From NCBI GenBank assembly GCA_001784805.1, contig MFSE01000013.1, positions 1 to 55,764 of the forward strand: DNA of 55,764 nucleotides, read 5' to 3'. This DNA is from Candidatus Moranbacteria bacterium RIFOXYA12_FULL_35_19. GTDB taxonomy: Bacteria > Patescibacteriota > Minisyncoccia > Moranbacterales > UBA2206. A model generated the notes under the pieces. It did not search any database, was not told the DNA's origin, and saw only the letters and a list, made by a program, of their open reading frames with translations. This document shows positions 52,356-55,764 of this stretch, piece after piece. Made by a program: the position numbers and the translations under genes. Numbering within the stretch: position 1 is the stretch's first letter; every line of letters begins with the position of its first letter.

Positions 52356-52841
52356 ACTAATTATTGCAAATGTTAAAACAAATTCATTCGAATTCTTATT
52401 TGTTTTGCCATTCGCGACTTATTTGCATCAATTATACCCTAAAAACTCCGTTTGACAAAAAGACCTTGGCAAGCTATACTGTTTTGGAAGTAAATATTAG
52501 GGTTTTGAAAGATAAATTGCCTTATAATAAGGCTTTTTAAAATCAAAACCACAAGAAAGACTAATCCTATTAGTAAACTAATAGCATTATTTAGAAGATT
52601 ATTCAGCCGAAAAAATATAGGAAATATAAGAAGCCTCGTTCGCAACAAACAGAGAATTGTCGCCAATTTTATCAAAGAGCGTCGCACGATCAAAATTCTC
52701 CATCTGTTTCGAAATTACTCTGCTTTTGCTGTTGTCGTATCCAGCGCCTTCTTAGTTTCTGCTACTAATCTAGCCGCAGGACGAGAGTCCAGTGGTTTTT
52801 TATTTGGCTATTTTGGAGAAAATGAAAACTACGAAAACCCC

Positions 52842-53735
52842 TTGAAAGATATGATGTTTTTAAAAACAGCGGAAAAAACCAGCGTTGCTGTGGGCGATTT
52901 GATTCAAGCCAAAAATCTTCCGCGCTCCAAAGATATCGCCTTTGAAAAAAATGACACTTCTTTCATAATCCAGGGACGAGCCTTGGTGGCTGGGAATAGC
53001 CCCGTCAAAAAAGATCCTCAAGAAGACGGTGGGGTTATTATCTATGAAGTAAAACAAGGTGATACGATTAGCGCCATTGCCGATGCCAATAATATTTCTA
53101 TTAATACCATTTTATGGTCTAATGAATTGGATAATGTCGACTCCATTCGACCAGGAGATAAAATATTTATTCTGCCAGTATCCGGCCTTGAATATAAAGT
53201 TAAATCGGGAGATACTATTGAAAAAATTGCCTCTGAATATAAGGCGGATAAAAATAAAATCATTGCTTTCAATAATTTGCCAGCTAATGGCGAGTTAGAA
53301 ACTGACCAAAAAATTATTATTCCTGACGGAAAAAAAGAAGTGCCAATTCCACCTTCCAGTTCATTTAATATCGCCCAAAGACCTTATGAATCCTTCTCGA
53401 GTGGAAAAGTTTTAGACGGCAAAGCCAGTACGGGACACCGCTTTCCTTATGGTTACTGCACTTGGTATGTGGCGCAAAAAAGATATGTGCCTTGGGGTGG
53501 AAACGCTGGTACCTGGCTCTATCATGCCAAGGCCGCTGGATATTCTACTGGCAAAACTCCGCGTGTTGGAGCCATTATGGTTTCTTCCGAATCTTGGTGG
53601 GGTCATGTCGCTATCGTAGAAAAAGTTTCTGGCGGAAATATTACTGTTTCCGAAATGAATTATGTTAAGTTTGCCAAAAAAAGCACCCGCACACTAAGTT
53701 CAAAATCACGCGTAATCAAAGGCTTCATTTATTAA
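52842..53735 (+). CDS. Peptidoglycan hydrolase with two LysM domains and a CHAP domain; 5' end uncertain
   Basis: LysM segments YEVKQGDTISAIADANNISINTIL and YKVKSGDTIEKIASEYKADKNKII. CHAP segment FPYGYCTWYVAQKR...WGHVAIVEKV. The frame is open back to 52509. Confidence 0.75.
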   Translation: MKDMMFLKTAEKTSVAVGDLIQAKNLPRSKDIAFEKNDTSFIIQGRALVAGNSPVKKDPQEDGGVIIYEVKQGDTISAIADANNISINTILWSNELDNVDSIRPGDKIFILPVSGLEYKVKSGDTIEKIASEYKADKNKIIAFNNLPANGELETDQKIIIPDGKKEVPIPPSSSFNIAQRPYESFSSGKVLDGKASTGHRFPYGYCTWYVAQKRYVPWGGNAGTWLYHAKAAGYSTGKTPRVGAIMVSSESWWGHVAIVEKVSGGNITVSEMNYVKFAKKSTRTLSSKSRVIKGFIY

Positions 53736-53738
53736 GTC

Positions 53739-55764
53739 TTATATTTTCTTAATTGGTGCAATTGAAGCGGAAAGTTTTTTAAGTCCTGATTTAGAAAATG
53801 CTACAGTGATTATATCCCCCGCGCTGGCGACAATCAAGCCATCACCAAAAACCTCGTGTCGCACTCTATCGCCATCCTTAAAACATGAGACATGAAGCAT
53901 GAAGCATGAAACATCTTTTTCTAAAACTTGTTTATTTTCACTACTTTTATTCTTGCTACATGTTTCATGCCTGCCTGTCCGGTAGGCAGGTTTCATGTTA
54001 TATGACTTCAGTAAGTGCGGTGGTATATCGTCCAGAAATCGACTTGGCGCATTAATTTGAGTAGAACCAAAAATATTTCTCATACGAGTAAAAAGCAAAT
54101 AAACTTTTTCCATTGCCCGAGTTACCCCGACATACATCAGCCGTCTTTCTTCTTCCATTTCACCGTCATCTAACATACTTCGGGAATGGGGCAAAATTCC
54201 TTCTTCCAACCCCGCGATAAAAACAATCTTAAATTCCAAACCTTTCGCGCTATGAAGCGTCATAAGATGTACTGCATCTTTCGCTTGGTCAATATTATCC
54301 GTATCAGAAACCAAAGCTACTTCTTCTAGAAATAATCTTAAACCCTCATTACTTTCATACTCGCTATATTTTTTGGCGACCGTCAAAAGTTCGCGTACAT
54401 TTTCATTTCTCATTTCTCCTTCCTCCGTTCCATCCATCAGAAATTTTTCATATCCTGATTCGCTATAAACTTTTTGAATGAAATCCGTAAGAATCAATTT
54501 TTCTTTAAGTTCACTCATTCTCTTAATAAATTCTGAAAACTTAACTATCGCATCAATTTTAGAAATTTGTATTTTATTTTTTGGAACCTGCCTGCCGGTA
54601 GGCAAAGTTTGATCATTAGAATTTGAAAATTCATTGGAAATTGCGAGGCCACAAGATATTAAATCTAAATTATTACTCCTAGCTATATTAATCCATTTTC
54701 CCAAAGTAATATCCCCGACGCCTCGCCTCGGTTCATTAATTATTCTTTCCAACGAAGTTTCGTCATTGAAATTGTTAATCAAACGCAAATAAGCAATTAT
54801 ATCTTTAATTTCTTTTCTTTGATAAAATTTCACTCCACCAATAATTCGGTAGGGAATAGAATTTCTAAGCATTGCTTCCTCAATCATCCGTGATTGCGCA
54901 TTGGTGCGATACAGCACCACAAAATCGGAAAACTTTAGTTTTCCGTCCTGAGCGCTTGCCTGCCGATGAGGCAGGAAAGCGAAGGACCCCATCCTATTAC
55001 CGCATAACTTCTTTATTTCACTTACGATAAACTGCGCTTCTTCTTTTTCATCTTCCGCTTCAAAGCTAAATAGCAAATGTCCGCTCTTATTATCCGTCCA
55101 AATTTTTTTGTCTTTGCGATTGATATTTTTAGAAATCACGCCATAAGCCGCGTCCAAAATGTTCTGCGTGGAACGATAATTTTGTTCGAGTTTTATTATT
55201 TTTGCCTCGGGATAATCTTTTTCAAAATCTAAAATATTTTGAATGTTGGCTCCGCGCCATGAATAAATTCCTTGCCAGTCATCGCCCACCACGCACAGAT
55301 TTTTATATTTTTGCGATAATAATTTTACCAAAAGATATTGCGCATAATTAGTATCTTGATATTCATCCACCATAATATATTGGAAAAAGTTTTGATATTT
55401 TTCCAAAACTTCTGGAAATTTTTGAAAAATCTTAACTGTGATCATCAAAATATCATCAAAGTCCAAAGCGTCTTGTTCCTTCAATTTTTTCTGGTAATTT
55501 AAATATATTTTTGCCACCATTTCTTCAAAATATCCGCCCACTCCCGCTAAAAAATCTTCTGGCCCAATTAGTTCATTTTTTGCTTTGGAAATTGCACCTA
55601 AGATTGTTTTAGGTTTAAATTGATCAATATTTATTTCCATTTCTTTCATCACTTTTTTTATCAGCGCTAATTGATCTTGATCATCAAAAATATTAAAGGA
55701 ACTTTCGTATCCCACCTTCTCAATTTCCCGCCTTAAAATTTTCACACAAATAGAATGAAAAGTC
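53739..55764 (-). CDS. pcrA: UvrD/PcrA-family ATP-dependent DNA helicase; 5' end beyond the window
   Basis: MVDEYQDTNYAQY, NYRSTQNIL, MTLHSAKGLEF and YVGVTRA motifs. The Walker A region is absent because the ORF runs to the window edge. Confidence 0.9.
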   Translation of the reverse strand, partial: TFHSICVKILRREIEKVGYESSFNIFDDQDQLALIKKVMKEMEINIDQFKPKTILGAISKAKNELIGPEDFLAGVGGYFEEMVAKIYLNYQKKLKEQDALDFDDILMITVKIFQKFPEVLEKYQNFFQYIMVDEYQDTNYAQYLLVKLLSQKYKNLCVVGDDWQGIYSWRGANIQNILDFEKDYPEAKIIKLEQNYRSTQNILDAAYGVISKNINRKDKKIWTDNKSGHLLFSFEAEDEKEEAQFIVSEIKKLCGNRMGSFAFLPHRQASAQDGKLKFSDFVVLYRTNAQSRMIEEAMLRNSIPYRIIGGVKFYQRKEIKDIIAYLRLINNFNDETSLERIINEPRRGVGDITLGKWINIARSNNLDLISCGLAISNEFSNSNDQTLPTGRQVPKNKIQISKIDAIVKFSEFIKRMSELKEKLILTDFIQKVYSESGYEKFLMDGTEEGEMRNENVRELLTVAKKYSEYESNEGLRLFLEEVALVSDTDNIDQAKDAVHLMTLHSAKGLEFKIVFIAGLEEGILPHSRSMLDDGEMEEERRLMYVGVTRAMEKVYLLFTRMRNIFGSTQINAPSRFLDDIPPHLLKSYNMKPAYRTGRHETCSKNKSSENKQVLEKDVSCFMLHVSCFKDGDRVRHEVFGDGLIVASAGDIITVAFSKSGLKKLSASIAPIKKI
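53880..54010. repeat. CATG-word inverted repeat with an embedded 21-nt GC hairpin, inside the helicase gene
   Basis: AAAACATGAGACATGAAGCATGAAGCATGAAACATC (53880-53914) faces GCTACATGTTTCATG[CCTGCCTGTCCGGTAGGCAGG]TTTCATGTTATATGACTTC (53955-54010). Confidence 0.75.
54945..54987. repeat. GC-rich layered hairpin inside the helicase gene
   Basis: GTCCTGAGCGCTTG-CCTGCC-GATGA-GGCAGG-AAAGCGAAGGAC encodes GSFAFLPHRQASAQD. A degenerate copy lies at 54587-54607 (LPTGRQV). Confidence 0.7.

Noticed and set aside
52439-52693. 84-aa minus-strand ORF upstream of the LysM/CHAP gene.
   Set aside because: It is antisense to the open upstream extension of the hydrolase frame, is Leu/Ile-rich low complexity, and has no SD.

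Overview
AT-rich, gene-dense bacterial chromosome segment. The mix of a reduced housekeeping set, many small unknown proteins and many TrmB-type regulators suggests a small-genome, CPR/Patescibacteria-like organism; this is inference only. Long conserved genes are intact under the standard code. Recognisable core genes are infB, rbfA, nrnA, nfo, a family-4 UDG, rplS, rluD, folD, cca, gyrA, rpsA, gmk, tilS, ftsH, a Xer recombinase and a pcrA/uvrD helicase that runs off the right edge. I folded 13 tRNA genes by hand (12 on the minus strand, four of them tRNA-Leu isoacceptors) plus one decayed tRNA-Leu fragment. The left edge carries an ISNCY-like insertion sequence. Accessory content includes six TrmB-family paralogs, a PaaX-like regulator, a HEPN/MNT pair, a MerR-GHKL ATPase plus STAS-like pair, and three nuclease genes (HNH, GIY-YIG, possible LAGLIDADG) packed against tRNA genes. 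The most unusual signal is a set of nested palindromic repeat modules sitting in frame inside coding genes. An O-antigen-ligase-like gene carries five blocks, and cca, the helicase, tilS and rluD carry others. These include 21-nt (7-codon) GC-rich hairpin cassettes placed exactly at the centre of a host motif: the dyad of a GTTCCAC|GTGGAAC palindrome in three cases and a TTTCATG direct-repeat word in a fourth. The pattern resembles Rickettsia palindromic elements. Intergenic DNA is dominated by families of hairpins built from short AT-rich words, and one of these encloses a GxxExxY (PD-(D/E)XK) gene in its loop. Several accessory segments are bracketed by direct repeats derived from GC-rich hairpins or from the 3' end of cca. 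No rRNA, CRISPR array or cas genes were seen.
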